From the IMG/VR virus record IMGVR_UViG_3300029989_000006: 64,000 bases of DNA; one strand, written 5' to 3'. Origin of the DNA: a virus. Made by a program: the position numbers and the translations under genes. The notes beneath the pieces are model-generated. The model was not told the DNA's origin, ran no database searches, and saw only the letters and a list, made by a program, of their open reading frames with translations. This document shows, piece after piece, positions 27,180 through 37,815 of the stretch (positions within the stretch are counted from its first letter, which is position 1; every line of letters begins with the position of its first letter).

Positions 27180-28258
27180 TGTCGGTAACACAATTATTTG
27201 AAAATATTCAAAAAGGTAGGCGAGGAAATAATATTGGTATTAGTACTGGTTTACCTAAATTAGATTCTATTATATATGGAATACAACGTAAATACTTATA
27301 TGTAATTGCAGCCGATCAAGGTGGAGGTAAGACTTCCTTTGCTCTGGATGTATTTGTTTATAATTTATTTAAAAATAAAGAAAACCATGCTATAAATATC
27401 CTTTATTATTCTTTTGAAATGGCTGGTGATGTATTATATGCAAAACTTTTATCTAGATATATTTATGATACATTTAATAAAGTTATCACCTATGAAGAGA
27501 TTCTCTCTTTGACTTTTCCAATATCTGATGAAAATTTCATTTATATAGAAAAATCTAAAGATTGGTTGTTGGAACTTCAAAAATGTTTTACCATATATGA
27601 TAAGCCTTTATCTCCACCAGCTATATATGCTACTTGTAAAGGATGGCTAAGTAATTTTGGCACATTTGAACAAGTTGGAGACCATAAAGAAAATTATATT
27701 GAACATGATCCAACTTCCTATAAAATAGCTTTAATAGATCATATAAGACTAATTTCTGGCAATGATGCAGTAAAAACTAAAATAGATTTAGTATGTGATT
27801 ATTTTGTATATTTTAGAAATAAGTGTAATATGACTGGTGTTTTAATACAGCAGATTAATAGAAATTCTAAAAGTGTAGAAAGACGTCAGGGAGGATATGA
27901 ACTACTTCAATTAGATGATTTAGCTGATTCTTCGGGACCAGCACAATCCGCAGAAGTAATTATTATGCTTTATTACCCTTACAGAGAAAAAGTATCTTCA
28001 TGTGAAGGTTTTCCTATAAAAAATGTGTTAAAACACAAAGGAAGAATTATTCAAATTAATAAGAATAGATTTGGTAGATCAGATTTAAATATCGGCAGTG
28101 TATTTCATGGAGAGATTGGTATGTTTATTGAGCTTCCAAAACCCTCTGAAATTGCAGATTATGAACCATATCTAAATTTAATGACAACAGATATAGTTAA
28201 ATCAAAAGAAATAATAAGAGAAGATGATAAAGAAGAAAACAATATATTTAAGTTATAA
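27179..28258 (+). CDS. DnaB-like replicative helicase
   Basis: ISTGLPKLD, GGGKT, SFEM, IDHI, QINR, KNRFG. Confidence 0.9.
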   Translation: MSVTQLFENIQKGRRGNNIGISTGLPKLDSIIYGIQRKYLYVIAADQGGGKTSFALDVFVYNLFKNKENHAINILYYSFEMAGDVLYAKLLSRYIYDTFNKVITYEEILSLTFPISDENFIYIEKSKDWLLELQKCFTIYDKPLSPPAIYATCKGWLSNFGTFEQVGDHKENYIEHDPTSYKIALIDHIRLISGNDAVKTKIDLVCDYFVYFRNKCNMTGVLIQQINRNSKSVERRQGGYELLQLDDLADSSGPAQSAEVIIMLYYPYREKVSSCEGFPIKNVLKHKGRIIQINKNRFGRSDLNIGSVFHGEIGMFIELPKPSEIADYEPYLNLMTTDIVKSKEIIREDDKEENNIFKL

Positions 28259-28261
28259 AAT

Positions 28262-29896
28262 ATGGCGGAATTAGGCGCAATAGTTGGTGAAGCTGGATCT
28301 GGTAAATCAACTAGTTTAAGAAATTTAGACCCCACAAGAACATTTATTATTAATGTTGCAGGAAAGAATCTTCCTATTAAAGGTTTTAAAAAGAATTTCA
28401 AAGCATTGGTTCAAGATCCTGGATCTAAAGAATTTGTTGGAAATTTATATAATACTAGCAATGTTGATAAAATTATCCAAGTAATAAAGTTGGTCAGTGC
28501 AAAGATGCCTCAAATTAAACAAATTATTATTGATGATAGTCAATATTTAATGGCATTTGAAGCAATGGATAGAGCTACTGAGAAGGGGTGAATAAACATG
28601 CCCAAACCAATCTAACTGCGGGGATAACCTTAGAGTCTTTTTAACCAAACAATAGTAGTAATACATATTGTGGCTTTCAGTAATGATGAAAGGTATGGTA
28701 AAATCAAAAAGAATTGGTCAATTCGCATCCAAGTTTCCAAATTAAATTTGGAAAAAGGTTCAACGACTATCTCCGTGAAGGAGAGTACATTAAGATTATT
28801 TATAATCTTTTTGGAAACGGTTGGGATTTTTATAAAAATTATTCGCTATCTTTGTAAATTATAATTTATTAAAATAGCATATGGAAAAAATTAAAGGAAA
28901 AAGTAAAATGCCAGAATATACACAATGGAAATCTATGAAATCCAGGTGTTATTCACCGTCGGCAACAAAAGGAAAGTATAAAGAGAATAATATTCAGGTT
29001 TGTCCTGAATGGATGAATTCTTTTGAGACTTTTTATTTAGATTTAGGTAATTGTCCAGAAGGATTTACTTTAGAAAGACTTGATAATCTCAAGGATTATT
29101 CTAAAGAGAATTGCATTTGGGCAAATAGAACTACACAAAGTAAAAATAGAGAAGATTTTAATGATATAGTTACCTATAATGGGAAAACTATGGTATTAAA
29201 AGATTGGGCTAAAGAATTTGATATTAAGTACACGACCTTATATCAGAGAATTTACAGAAGTGGTTTATCTTTTGAACAAGCTATACAAAAAGATCCATTT
29301 AAGAAATTAATAACTATTGGAGAAGAGTCTAAAACTCTTAAACAATGGTGTGAATTTTATAATATGGAGTTTGAGTTAGTTAACAATAGGGTATCTAAAC
29401 ATAAATGGGCTCCTCTTGAAGCTTTAACTATTCCAAAAGGAATAAAAAGAAGTAAGAATTAAGATATAGTCTGAACTTTATAGAAATATAAAGAATTGTA
29501 CATTATGTACATAATAACAAAATTGATGAAAAATTTACTCAAATGGCTCAACATTTTTATTCTATACTTAAAGAAGCAATGAATGCTCGTGAAGATCTTA
29601 AGGTTTTCATTTTAGCACATTCTGAAAATATAGGTGATGTTTTAAATCCTTCTTATAAGATTAAAACTCTTGGTAAGATGATTGATAATATGATTACAGT
29701 AGAGGGATTATTTACCTATGTATTATTTACCTGTAAAAGAATGACAGATGAAGGTATATTGGAATATAAATTTATCACTAATTCAGATGGTACAAATACT
29801 GCAAAAACACCAATGGGATGTTTTTCTGAATTATACATAGATAATGATTTACAATATGTTTTTGATCAGATTGATCAATATAATAGTGGAGAATAG
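28262..29896 (+). CDS. AAA_24/Sak4-like P-loop ATPase, spliced: join(28262..28589,29526..29896)
   Basis: GEAGSGKS, IIIDD; splicing gives EKGYEKFTQMAQH; TAKTPMG. Confidence 0.87.
28847..28854 (+). promoter_or_regulatory. Bacteroidota-type -7 promoter box
   Basis: TATCTTTG about 26 nt upstream of the intron ORF. Confidence 0.55.
28881..29462 (+). CDS. intron-encoded HNH-type homing endonuclease
   Basis: W.SMKSRC, VCPEW, TLERLDN..DYSKENCIWA....Q..N; no internal TGA. Confidence 0.85.
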   Translation: MEKIKGKSKMPEYTQWKSMKSRCYSPSATKGKYKENNIQVCPEWMNSFETFYLDLGNCPEGFTLERLDNLKDYSKENCIWANRTTQSKNREDFNDIVTYNGKTMVLKDWAKEFDIKYTTLYQRIYRSGLSFEQAIQKDPFKKLITIGEESKTLKQWCEFYNMEFELVNNRVSKHKWAPLEALTIPKGIKRSKN

Positions 29897-29898
29897 AA

Positions 29899-30459
29899 AT
29901 GATTAAAGGTGTTACAGTAACTTTTAACTTTGAAACAGAAACATCAGTTGTTACTGATGTAAAATGTTCTGTTGATGGAATGGTTAAGAAAACAAGAGCT
30001 ACAACAAAGAAATCTCATGTAGTCGAAGAAATGGCTTCGGAAAGTATAATTACTTTAGAAGAAAATAAACTATGCTTTAATAATAAAGCAGTTGCTGAAA
30101 TGGAACTGGTTTACGAGGATAGGATTGTTATTATATTTGAACCAGAAGGTCCAAAAAAGAATAAGATATTGATTCCCACAATTGGTAAAGATACTTCTTT
30201 CGACCAACCGGGATCTGGAAATAAGCTTACTAAAACAAATTCAATTGGGTATAAAGGAAAACAAAATGCTGTGCTGGCTGAGTTTGGAACTGAATTTACC
30301 CTAGAACCTTTTAAAGAAGGAATTTGGAAGTTAATTTCTAAAAATGGTGTAGAGAAAACTCTACAAGAAAAAATTGAGATTGTTGAAAAAGAAGAACCTA
30401 TAGTTATTATAGATGCAGATGAAACAGTACAAATAGATGAATTTGCATTTAATCTTTAA
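29899..30459 (+). CDS. hypothetical protein
   Basis: 186 aa ORF. Confidence 0.7.
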   Translation: MIKGVTVTFNFETETSVVTDVKCSVDGMVKKTRATTKKSHVVEEMASESIITLEENKLCFNNKAVAEMELVYEDRIVIIFEPEGPKKNKILIPTIGKDTSFDQPGSGNKLTKTNSIGYKGKQNAVLAEFGTEFTLEPFKEGIWKLISKNGVEKTLQEKIEIVEKEEPIVIIDADETVQIDEFAFNL

Positions 30460-30470
30460 TATATAATAAT

Positions 30471-31193
30471 ATGAGTGGTTTTTCATTCGGAGCAACAGCT
30501 GGCGCATCACAGAGCACAGCTAAACCAAAATTAGTTGGAAATAGTTTACACGTTGTTAAATTTGACGAATGTGTTTCAGATGATATCGTTGGGGTTAAAG
30601 ATCCCACAATTACATATAAAGTTTTAAAGCTTAGATTCTCTAATGATGATGGAGCTTTTGAACACACAGTTTTTGAACCAAAAGCTGAAGATTTTGCAAG
30701 AAAAGAAAATGAGATAACAGATAAGAATGGTAATAAACAAAAGATTCCTCAACCTTCAAATGTAGAATCTATGATGCTTTTATTTAAGCATGTTATTGAC
30801 GTTGTTAATCCTACAGTTGCAGGACAAATTGATAGAGAAGAAAAGAATCTTTCTGCACCTTCTTGGGATGTATTAAGAACATTGGTTATTTCTATTTTAA
30901 CTCCTGGAAAAGGAACTAAAACTACCATTAAATTATTGAAAAATAAAAATGGAGAAGCAGTTTTTCCTGGATTCTTTGCAGGATTAACTAAAGAAGGTAA
31001 AGCTTATGTCAGAAATAATTTTATTGGTGATAAAGTAGCATTTAGTGCTTATGAAGTTGATAGAATTAAAAATGAAGCAAATGCTATTGTAACCAAAACT
31101 AATAATTTTGCAGGAAATTCTACATCTGATTTTACTATTGATACTCCTAATGGTGAAGCTTTAGATATGAATTTTGAAGTAACAGGATTGTAA
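30471..31193 (+). CDS. putative single-stranded DNA-binding protein
   Basis: Between recombination ATPase and primase; beta-rich N-terminus, acidic tail. Confidence 0.5.
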   Translation: MSGFSFGATAGASQSTAKPKLVGNSLHVVKFDECVSDDIVGVKDPTITYKVLKLRFSNDDGAFEHTVFEPKAEDFARKENEITDKNGNKQKIPQPSNVESMMLLFKHVIDVVNPTVAGQIDREEKNLSAPSWDVLRTLVISILTPGKGTKTTIKLLKNKNGEAVFPGFFAGLTKEGKAYVRNNFIGDKVAFSAYEVDRIKNEANAIVTKTNNFAGNSTSDFTIDTPNGEALDMNFEVTGL

Positions 31194-31222
31194 AAAATAT
31201 TTTGGAGTAAAACAATTTATTT

Positions 31223-32260
31223 ATGTATGAATTAGATATTACTCCAAGAATTACTAAAGAACTTTTACTTAGCAGGCATACTCAAGAAGATTATTTTGAA
31301 TATTATCTTGGTGTGCCTGTTAAGAAAGGGTTATTTTGTAGTCCTTCTATAATTAGGAATGATACAAATCCAACTTGTTCATTTTATAAAAATTCTAAAG
31401 GAGATTTATTGTTTAAAGATTTTGCTGGTCCATCATTTAATTTTATTGGATGTGTAATGTATATATTTAGTTGTAATTACTATAATGCATTGCAGGTAAT
31501 AGCAAATGATTTTGGATTTAAATCTATAAGTAAATTAAAAATTAATCCACCAAGAATTCCTTTTACTGGTATAGTTTTAAAAGAGACTAATAAAGCTAGA
31601 ATTCAGGTTGAATCAAAGGAATTTAGTCCTAAGGAATTAGAATGGTGGGAGAACTTTGGAATATCTAAAACAACTTTAAAGAAATATAATGTATTTTCTA
31701 TTAAATCAGTTTTCTTAAATGGAAATTATTTTAACAGTTCCTCTGAAAAATCTCCATTTTTTGGATATTATGGAGGAGAGAATTCTGATGGAGATGAACT
31801 ATGGAGAATTTATATGCCAATGAAAAGAAATTATAGATTTCTTAGTAATTGGGATAGTATAATGATCCAAGGGGCAAAACAATTATCAAAGTCAGGAGAA
31901 TATATTATATTAACTAAAGCTCTTAAGGATGTTATGGTTTTACATGAATCAGGTATTCCAGCAATAGCCCCTAATAGTGAAAACACTTTTATAACTGATA
32001 CTCAGATGGAAAAACTGAGAATTAGATTTAAAAATGTAAAAGTATTTATGGATAATGATTTACCAGGTGTAAAAGCTGCACATAAATATAAGAAAAAATA
32101 TGGTGTGCAATGCGTTTTTATTAGAAGAAAATATTCAAAAGATATTTCTGACCTATGTAAAAAGGTGAGCAGGACTGTATTTTGGACGATTATAGAGGAG
32201 TTAAATAGCATTATGAAGAATGATGCAGTAAAAAATACTAAGCATTTTAAGGTATTTTAA
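31223..32260 (+). CDS. DNA primase (zinc finger plus TOPRIM)
   Basis: CSP...D.NPTC..FKDF; TKALKD, APNSE, DNDLPG. Confidence 0.88.
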   Translation: MYELDITPRITKELLLSRHTQEDYFEYYLGVPVKKGLFCSPSIIRNDTNPTCSFYKNSKGDLLFKDFAGPSFNFIGCVMYIFSCNYYNALQVIANDFGFKSISKLKINPPRIPFTGIVLKETNKARIQVESKEFSPKELEWWENFGISKTTLKKYNVFSIKSVFLNGNYFNSSSEKSPFFGYYGGENSDGDELWRIYMPMKRNYRFLSNWDSIMIQGAKQLSKSGEYIILTKALKDVMVLHESGIPAIAPNSENTFITDTQMEKLRIRFKNVKVFMDNDLPGVKAAHKYKKKYGVQCVFIRRKYSKDISDLCKKVSRTVFWTIIEELNSIMKNDAVKNTKHFKVF

Positions 32261-32270
32261 GGTATTTTAA

Positions 32271-32576
32271 ATGAAAATTGATGAAGAAAAGATTATTACA
32301 AATATTATTGAAAACTTTTTAGAAGATCAATTTAATTGTAATGATAGATTCGTTGCTAAAAATCTTCTTAAATTATTAAGAAATGATTTAAATGAATTCT
32401 TATTAGATGCTCAATATAATGGACATCAAAATGTCTATAATGAAGGTTATGCTGATGGAGTTTTTGATGGAAAAGCCGAAGGATTTGATGAAGGTTTTAC
32501 ACAAGGAGAAAATAGTGGAATAGATGAAGGGTTTGATCGAGGATATGAACAAGCTTTAAAAGATAATAGTATATAG
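32271..32576 (+). CDS. GxxxG-repeat protein (Yae1/FliH-like repeat)
   Basis: EGYADGVFDGKAEGFDEGFTQG... Confidence 0.6.
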   Translation: MKIDEEKIITNIIENFLEDQFNCNDRFVAKNLLKLLRNDLNEFLLDAQYNGHQNVYNEGYADGVFDGKAEGFDEGFTQGENSGIDEGFDRGYEQALKDNSI

Positions 32577-32584
32577 GATTAATT

Positions 32585-33082
32585 ATGAATATTATTTTAG
32601 ATGTTGATGATGTAGTTTTGAATTTTTATGGTGGATATGCAAAAAGATATAATTGCAGTATGCCAAAAAGGTGGAGTAATTCACAAAGAATGATAAATAG
32701 ACTAGCAGAATTAAAAAAGGATAAATCATTTTGGATACATTTGGAAGCGAAACATATTCCAGATTTTATTCCATCACATTTTGTTTCTGCAAGATCTTTA
32801 CCAGTATCCTGGACTATTGAGGCTTTAAAAAGGCATAATATTCCAGGCAGGAGTAAAGTAACTCATGTAGGATGGGGACAAAGTAAAATAGGCACATTAA
32901 GAAGACTAGGTTGTGATATTTTTATTGATGATAAATGGCAAACTGTAAAAGAATGTAATGAGAATGGAATTTTCTGTTTATTAATGGATGCTTGTCATAA
33001 TCGGCATATTAAAACTAAATATCGTATTCATAATTTAGAACTTGATAATATTCTTTATTTATGGAGAAAATTAAAACAATGA
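32585..33082 (+). CDS. HAD-superfamily nucleotidase
   Basis: LDVDDV, SAR, K, FIDD. Confidence 0.8.
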   Translation: MNIILDVDDVVLNFYGGYAKRYNCSMPKRWSNSQRMINRLAELKKDKSFWIHLEAKHIPDFIPSHFVSARSLPVSWTIEALKRHNIPGRSKVTHVGWGQSKIGTLRRLGCDIFIDDKWQTVKECNENGIFCLLMDACHNRHIKTKYRIHNLELDNILYLWRKLKQ

Positions 33083-33091
33083 TAAATAAGT

Positions 33092-33298
33092 ATGACGGTT
33101 TATGTAGTTACTAATCCTGAAAGTGGTTGGGATTGTGTTTGTGTAGTTTGTTTAACTATAGAATCTTTAGGAGATTTTTTAGATGAACGCATATTTGATA
33201 ATAAAGGAAATTGGGATAATATGACTGTTGAACAAATGCAAACTTGGATTGATGATTTAGGTCATCATTATATTATTCATGAAAAAAATGCATATTAA
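33092..33298 (+). CDS. hypothetical protein
   Basis: TAATG-coupled ORF. Confidence 0.6.
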   Translation: MTVYVVTNPESGWDCVCVVCLTIESLGDFLDERIFDNKGNWDNMTVEQMQTWIDDLGHHYIIHEKNAY

Positions 33299-34320
33299 TG
33301 GCTGAAATAAAAATAATTCCTGAGACATTGGAATTAATTAAAATGTCTGATGAGGAATATTTTAGTGAGAAATATAGAGGCTATATTTCTAATTCAAGTT
33401 TAAGTAAAATTAATCCAGACGAAGGTGGATCACTTGAGAAATATTTAGCACCTTATAAACAAGAATATTCTGATTCTTTTGAGTTAGGTTCTGCATTGCA
33501 TGCAATGGTTTTACAACCTGATTCATTTATAATTTCAGATATAAGAAAACCTAATGCAAAATTAGGTATTTGGGCCGAAGAAGTTTTTAAGTTAAGGTCT
33601 CAAGGATTAACTTTAATAGAGTCTTTTAAACAAGCATCATTTAATGCAAATTATTATGCTGGAACTTTAAATGATAATAAATTAAAAGTTGCAATCAAGA
33701 AATCTTTGTCATTTTATCTTGGAAGAATGAAAGTAGAGGAAATATCTGGTATTAAAACATTATTTATTTCTGAACCAGTTGCTTTAAAATATGCAGAATG
33801 TATTGTTAGAGTAAAAGAAAATCAAAAAATTCATTATACTCTTAATCCAGAAGGACTTTTGGAAAAACCAACTGTATTTAATGAATATGCTATCTTTTGT
33901 GAAGCAGATTTTGTTAAAGATGATGATACAATAAAAAGAATAAAATTAAAAGGAAAGATTGATAATTTTACTCTTGATAGAGAAGAATGTGTAGTTACTT
34001 TAAATGATTTAAAAACTACTGGAAAACCACTTGGATTCTTTATGGGTAATTTGGTTAATCAGGAAGGTGAAGAAGTTTGGTATGATGGATCTTTTCAAAA
34101 ATACCATTATTATAGGCAGGTTGCTTTATATGGATGGTTGCTACAATCTGCATTAAAGCAGTTTTACAATATTAATTATCAATTAAAAGTAAATATGCTT
34201 GTGGTTGAGACAATCCCATATTTTAATGGTAAAATATTTGTTGTGAATGGTAACTTCATTAAAGAAGGATTAAAAGAACTTAAACAATTATTAACACTTG
34301 TAGTGGATGGAACAACTTGA
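33298..34320 (+). CDS. PD-(D/E)xK exonuclease (RecE/ExoVIII-like)
   Basis: ISNSSL, GSALH, KGKIDN, DLKTT, YYRQVALY. Confidence 0.85.
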   Translation: MAEIKIIPETLELIKMSDEEYFSEKYRGYISNSSLSKINPDEGGSLEKYLAPYKQEYSDSFELGSALHAMVLQPDSFIISDIRKPNAKLGIWAEEVFKLRSQGLTLIESFKQASFNANYYAGTLNDNKLKVAIKKSLSFYLGRMKVEEISGIKTLFISEPVALKYAECIVRVKENQKIHYTLNPEGLLEKPTVFNEYAIFCEADFVKDDDTIKRIKLKGKIDNFTLDREECVVTLNDLKTTGKPLGFFMGNLVNQEGEEVWYDGSFQKYHYYRQVALYGWLLQSALKQFYNINYQLKVNMLVVETIPYFNGKIFVVNGNFIKEGLKELKQLLTLVVDGTT

Positions 34321-34672
34321 CTTGGATAAATTAAATTATGAACAGAAAAGTGCTTTACATAATAAAGTATTTTCATTGGGAGCTTTATTTTCTCATGAAC
34401 TTAATGATAAACTTATTCTAATTTCTCTAGTTGCTTTAGTTACACAACAAATGAGAAAAAAAGATAAAAATATTACTCCATTAAAAGTTTTAATGAGTAT
34501 TACACAACAAAAAGAAGATAATACTGCATTTTATCAATTTTTAGAATCTTTATCTATCTTAGTAGATGATTTATGTTATGGGAGTGATAAAATCGATCCT
34601 TGTGGATTTAAGACATCACAAGAGATTATTAATAAAATAAAAGAAATTTTAAGTACATGGCTACCCTTTTAG
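34307..34672 (+). CDS. hypothetical protein
   Basis: ORF in operon. Confidence 0.65.
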   Translation: MEQLDLDKLNYEQKSALHNKVFSLGALFSHELNDKLILISLVALVTQQMRKKDKNITPLKVLMSITQQKEDNTAFYQFLESLSILVDDLCYGSDKIDPCGFKTSQEIINKIKEILSTWLPF

Positions 34673-35589
34673 AAGAAGGAAATATTTATTTTGTACATGA
34701 TGATGAAATAGAAGAAGATTTATCCCAGACTGAGGATACAGAAGTTATATCTATGTGGGTTAAAGATAGAGATTTCATTAGACCTACAACAGATATAACA
34801 TTATTAAAGAAAATAGAACCAGGAGTTTATACTGCAGAATATGATCGAAATATAGGTATATATTGTCGTAAAGTACCAAATACAACGGATGAACTATTTA
34901 TATTTTCAGATTCTTTGATAACCAATCTATTAGCAGAAATTGATTTATTTTGGAGTAAAAAAGAATTATATAAAAAAAATAATTTAATACACAAGCGGGG
35001 AATTTTATTAGAGGGATTTCCAGGAACCGGTAAAACTTCTATAATTACAATTATATGTAATAAGGTCATTAAAAATGGTGGTATTGTCTTTAAAATTAGT
35101 AATGATAAGAGCTTAAATGATTATTTATTATTTATGAAATCTGGTTTTAGAAAAATTGAGCCAGATACTCCTGTAATTACTATTATTGAGGATCTTGATT
35201 TTTATGAAGAAGTTGAGTCTGAATTACTTGATTTTCTTGATGGACAAACACATATTAATCATCATATTGTTTTAGCAACTACTAATAATTCAGAAGCTAT
35301 TCCAGATACTTTTCTAAGACCTAGTCGAATAGATCTTAGAATTGAGATAGAACTTCCTAATAAAATTATTAGAGAAGAATTTTTTAGATTCAAAAATGTT
35401 CCAGAAGCAGATATTAAACACTTGGTTAAAGAATCTGATGGATTTTCTTTAGCAGATTTAAAGGAGTTATATATTTGTATATATTTATTAGATTACCCTA
35501 CTAAAGATGCAGTTAAAAAAATCTCAAAACCAAGGGAAAAGATTAATTATTTACAAAGTCCATTGAATTCTGGAAATATTGGTTTATAG
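34657..35589 (+). CDS. AAA+ ATPase
   Basis: GFPGTGKT, IIEDLD, ATTN, RPSRID. Confidence 0.9.
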   Translation: MATLLEEGNIYFVHDDEIEEDLSQTEDTEVISMWVKDRDFIRPTTDITLLKKIEPGVYTAEYDRNIGIYCRKVPNTTDELFIFSDSLITNLLAEIDLFWSKKELYKKNNLIHKRGILLEGFPGTGKTSIITIICNKVIKNGGIVFKISNDKSLNDYLLFMKSGFRKIEPDTPVITIIEDLDFYEEVESELLDFLDGQTHINHHIVLATTNNSEAIPDTFLRPSRIDLRIEIELPNKIIREEFFRFKNVPEADIKHLVKESDGFSLADLKELYICIYLLDYPTKDAVKKISKPREKINYLQSPLNSGNIGL

Positions 35590-35713
35590 TAACTCTAATT
35601 TTTATATTAATAAATTCTTATTGAGTTTTTATTAATATAATGAGTTTTAAATATTAATTTTATTACAAACTCTAATTAATTACATTTTAAGCAATTTTAT
35701 AAAAAATATTGTG

Positions 35714-35721
35714 TAAATTTG
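35714..35721 (+). promoter_or_regulatory. Bacteroidota-type -7 promoter box
   Basis: TAAATTTG in AT-rich intergenic region. Confidence 0.55.
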
Positions 35722-35795
35722 CACTATAATTAGATGAAGAAATACATAGATAATTAAACTTATAGATAATAAAAATATATATTTTAAAAAATAAA

Positions 35796-36380
35796 ATGAT
35801 TATGAAAAATGTAGAATCACAAGGTTACAGCAAAGAAAAAGCTTTAGAAGCATCAGGTTTAGAAATTGAATTAGAGCGTATGAAAAATGCGACTCAGGCA
35901 TGGAAAAAAGACGGTTCTCCAATGGGAACAAAGGCACTTAATTTGTTTATGGCAAATTACATGAAGAAAAATAAAGTTGCCGGAGCTTATTTGGTTATCG
36001 AACCAGCATCTGATGATACTAGACTTCGTCCTTATTCTGTAATTAATGAAGTTACTACTGGTAAACGTAAAGCTACAACAACTTACCAAATTAAGGAAGC
36101 TGAATTGAAAGTTAAACACGTAAAAACTGTTAATGAAGAAGGTGAAGAAAAAGAAGTTCCTGTTGTTACAGTAGTTAATACTGGAGCAGTAGAAGGAAGA
36201 GCAGGAAAAAAAGATTCCGCTTTCAAATTAATGAAAGAATTGATTGAGGCTAACAACAAAAATTATGTTGTTGAGATCGTTAAAGAAATCACTGATGGAC
36301 AGAAATATGCTGGCTATGGTCTGTATACTCCATCAAAATCAGCTAAATTGGGGAAATTTAATTTCTTTGTAGTTGACTAA
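35796..36380 (+). CDS. hypothetical protein, monocistronic, probably highly expressed
   Basis: Own promoter and terminator; uses TAC/AAC/CGT codons rare elsewhere. Confidence 0.75.
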   Translation: MIMKNVESQGYSKEKALEASGLEIELERMKNATQAWKKDGSPMGTKALNLFMANYMKKNKVAGAYLVIEPASDDTRLRPYSVINEVTTGKRKATTTYQIKEAELKVKHVKTVNEEGEEKEVPVVTVVNTGAVEGRAGKKDSAFKLMKELIEANNKNYVVEIVKEITDGQKYAGYGLYTPSKSAKLGKFNFFVVD

Positions 36381-36400
36381 TTAGATATAATATCTGAATT

Positions 36401-36439
36401 TAAGCCAACAGTTATTTTAACTGTTGGCTTATTTTTTTT
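36401..36439 (+). terminator. intrinsic terminator
   Basis: taagccaacagtta-ttt-taactgttggctta plus T tract. Confidence 0.88.
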
Positions 36440-36486
36440 GTATTTTAATAACAACAAGTAAAGGTGTAACAACTAATAAAAATTGA

Positions 36487-37815
36487 ATGGATAGTACAAC
36501 AACACATGATACCCTTCTAGATGATAGAATGAATGAACGTAGTCTAGGAACTGCAGTAAGGGACACAAATGGAAAAATTATTAGATATGATTATAAGATT
36601 TTAAACCATGATGCGCCTGCATTAGAAGGTTCATTTACACTCGATGAGATGAATTTAATTTATAAATTATATTCATTTTCAGGGGCAAATTTAGATAGAA
36701 GAACTGTATCAAGAGAATTTGATTTAATTATTTTTAATGATTTTATTCGAATTTTGCCTGCATTTCAAATTACAAAGAAATGTCCTCCTTTTGCTCCTCA
36801 TATTTCAGAGATGTATACGATAGATGAATTAGTTGCAATTGGTAGACAAACTAAAGAGAATCAATACTTTAAAAAGATTGAGCAGGATAATAATAAATTA
36901 GATCAAATTCGTGTTCAACAATTACTTAAAGAAAATTTTGAATTAAAAGAAGTTATTAGAGAAGCAGAAAGTTTTCCAGGTTTAAATTTTGAACCTATTG
37001 AATTTGTTTCTTGTCAAAATGCATCAGAAAATACTCTTTTAGTTTATTTATCAGATATGCATATTGGTGCACATAACTCTGGTGAAGGTGTTTATGATAA
37101 TCCTTATTCTGAGGAAGAAGTAACTAGAAGATTACAAAAAGTATTTTATAAAATTTCACAATATAAAAACGTAGATAAAGTAATTATTGTTAATCTAGGT
37201 GATGCAATTGATGGTTATAATGCAAGTACAACTAGACCAAGTTCTAATCATGTATTGCCACAAAATATGACTAATAGACAACAAGGAGAAACCTTTGTTA
37301 GAGTTGTTACAAATTTCTTTCATAATATTATTAAGAATATTAACTGTAATGAAATACAGTTTTATTCTGTATGTGAATCAAATCATGGTGGTGATTTTGA
37401 AGCTGCTTGGGTAAATGGCTTAATTTGTGTTCTGGATATGATGGGAGTTAAATGTCATTTTGCAAGAAAACCAATTGAATATTTCAATGTAAATAATAGA
37501 ACTTTTATTTATACCCATGGTAAAGATAATCTTAATCAATTTAAAAATTTGCCATTAACCTTAGACCAAAAAGCTGAAGCATATCTAAATGAGTTTATTG
37601 ATAGAAGTGATATTAGAGGAAAGATATCTGTAATTAAGGGTGATTTACATCAATCTGCAATTACTAAAGGTAAGAAATTCACTTATCATTCCTGTGCTTC
37701 ATTATTTGGAAGTTCTCATTGGATTCATGCAAATTTTGGGTTTACTGCTTGGGGATGTGATTATGCAATCCTAGATAAAGATGGTAATATTATAAATGGA
37801 TTAATTGAAGACTGA
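36487..37815 (+). CDS. metallophosphoesterase/nuclease with N-terminal helical region
   Basis: SDMHIG, LGDAIDG, SNH, THG, GDLH. Confidence 0.82.
   Translation: MDSTTTHDTLLDDRMNERSLGTAVRDTNGKIIRYDYKILNHDAPALEGSFTLDEMNLIYKLYSFSGANLDRRTVSREFDLIIFNDFIRILPAFQITKKCPPFAPHISEMYTIDELVAIGRQTKENQYFKKIEQDNNKLDQIRVQQLLKENFELKEVIREAESFPGLNFEPIEFVSCQNASENTLLVYLSDMHIGAHNSGEGVYDNPYSEEEVTRRLQKVFYKISQYKNVDKVIIVNLGDAIDGYNASTTRPSSNHVLPQNMTNRQQGETFVRVVTNFFHNIIKNINCNEIQFYSVCESNHGGDFEAAWVNGLICVLDMMGVKCHFARKPIEYFNVNNRTFIYTHGKDNLNQFKNLPLTLDQKAEAYLNEFIDRSDIRGKISVIKGDLHQSAITKGKKFTYHSCASLFGSSHWIHANFGFTAWGCDYAILDKDGNIINGLIED

Larger units (their letters stand above)
28590..29525 (+). mobile_element. group I intron with endonuclease ORF in P8 loop
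   Basis: P1 gggt/gccc with U-G; aactgcgggga, aattcgca, tcaacgacta, aagatatagtct; terminal G restores frame. Confidence 0.9.

Noticed and set aside
28670-28864. 64-aa ORF
   Set aside because: Lies across the group I intron catalytic core.
32249-32270. 10-bp tandem duplication at the primase stop
   Set aside because: Simple local duplication with no evident function.
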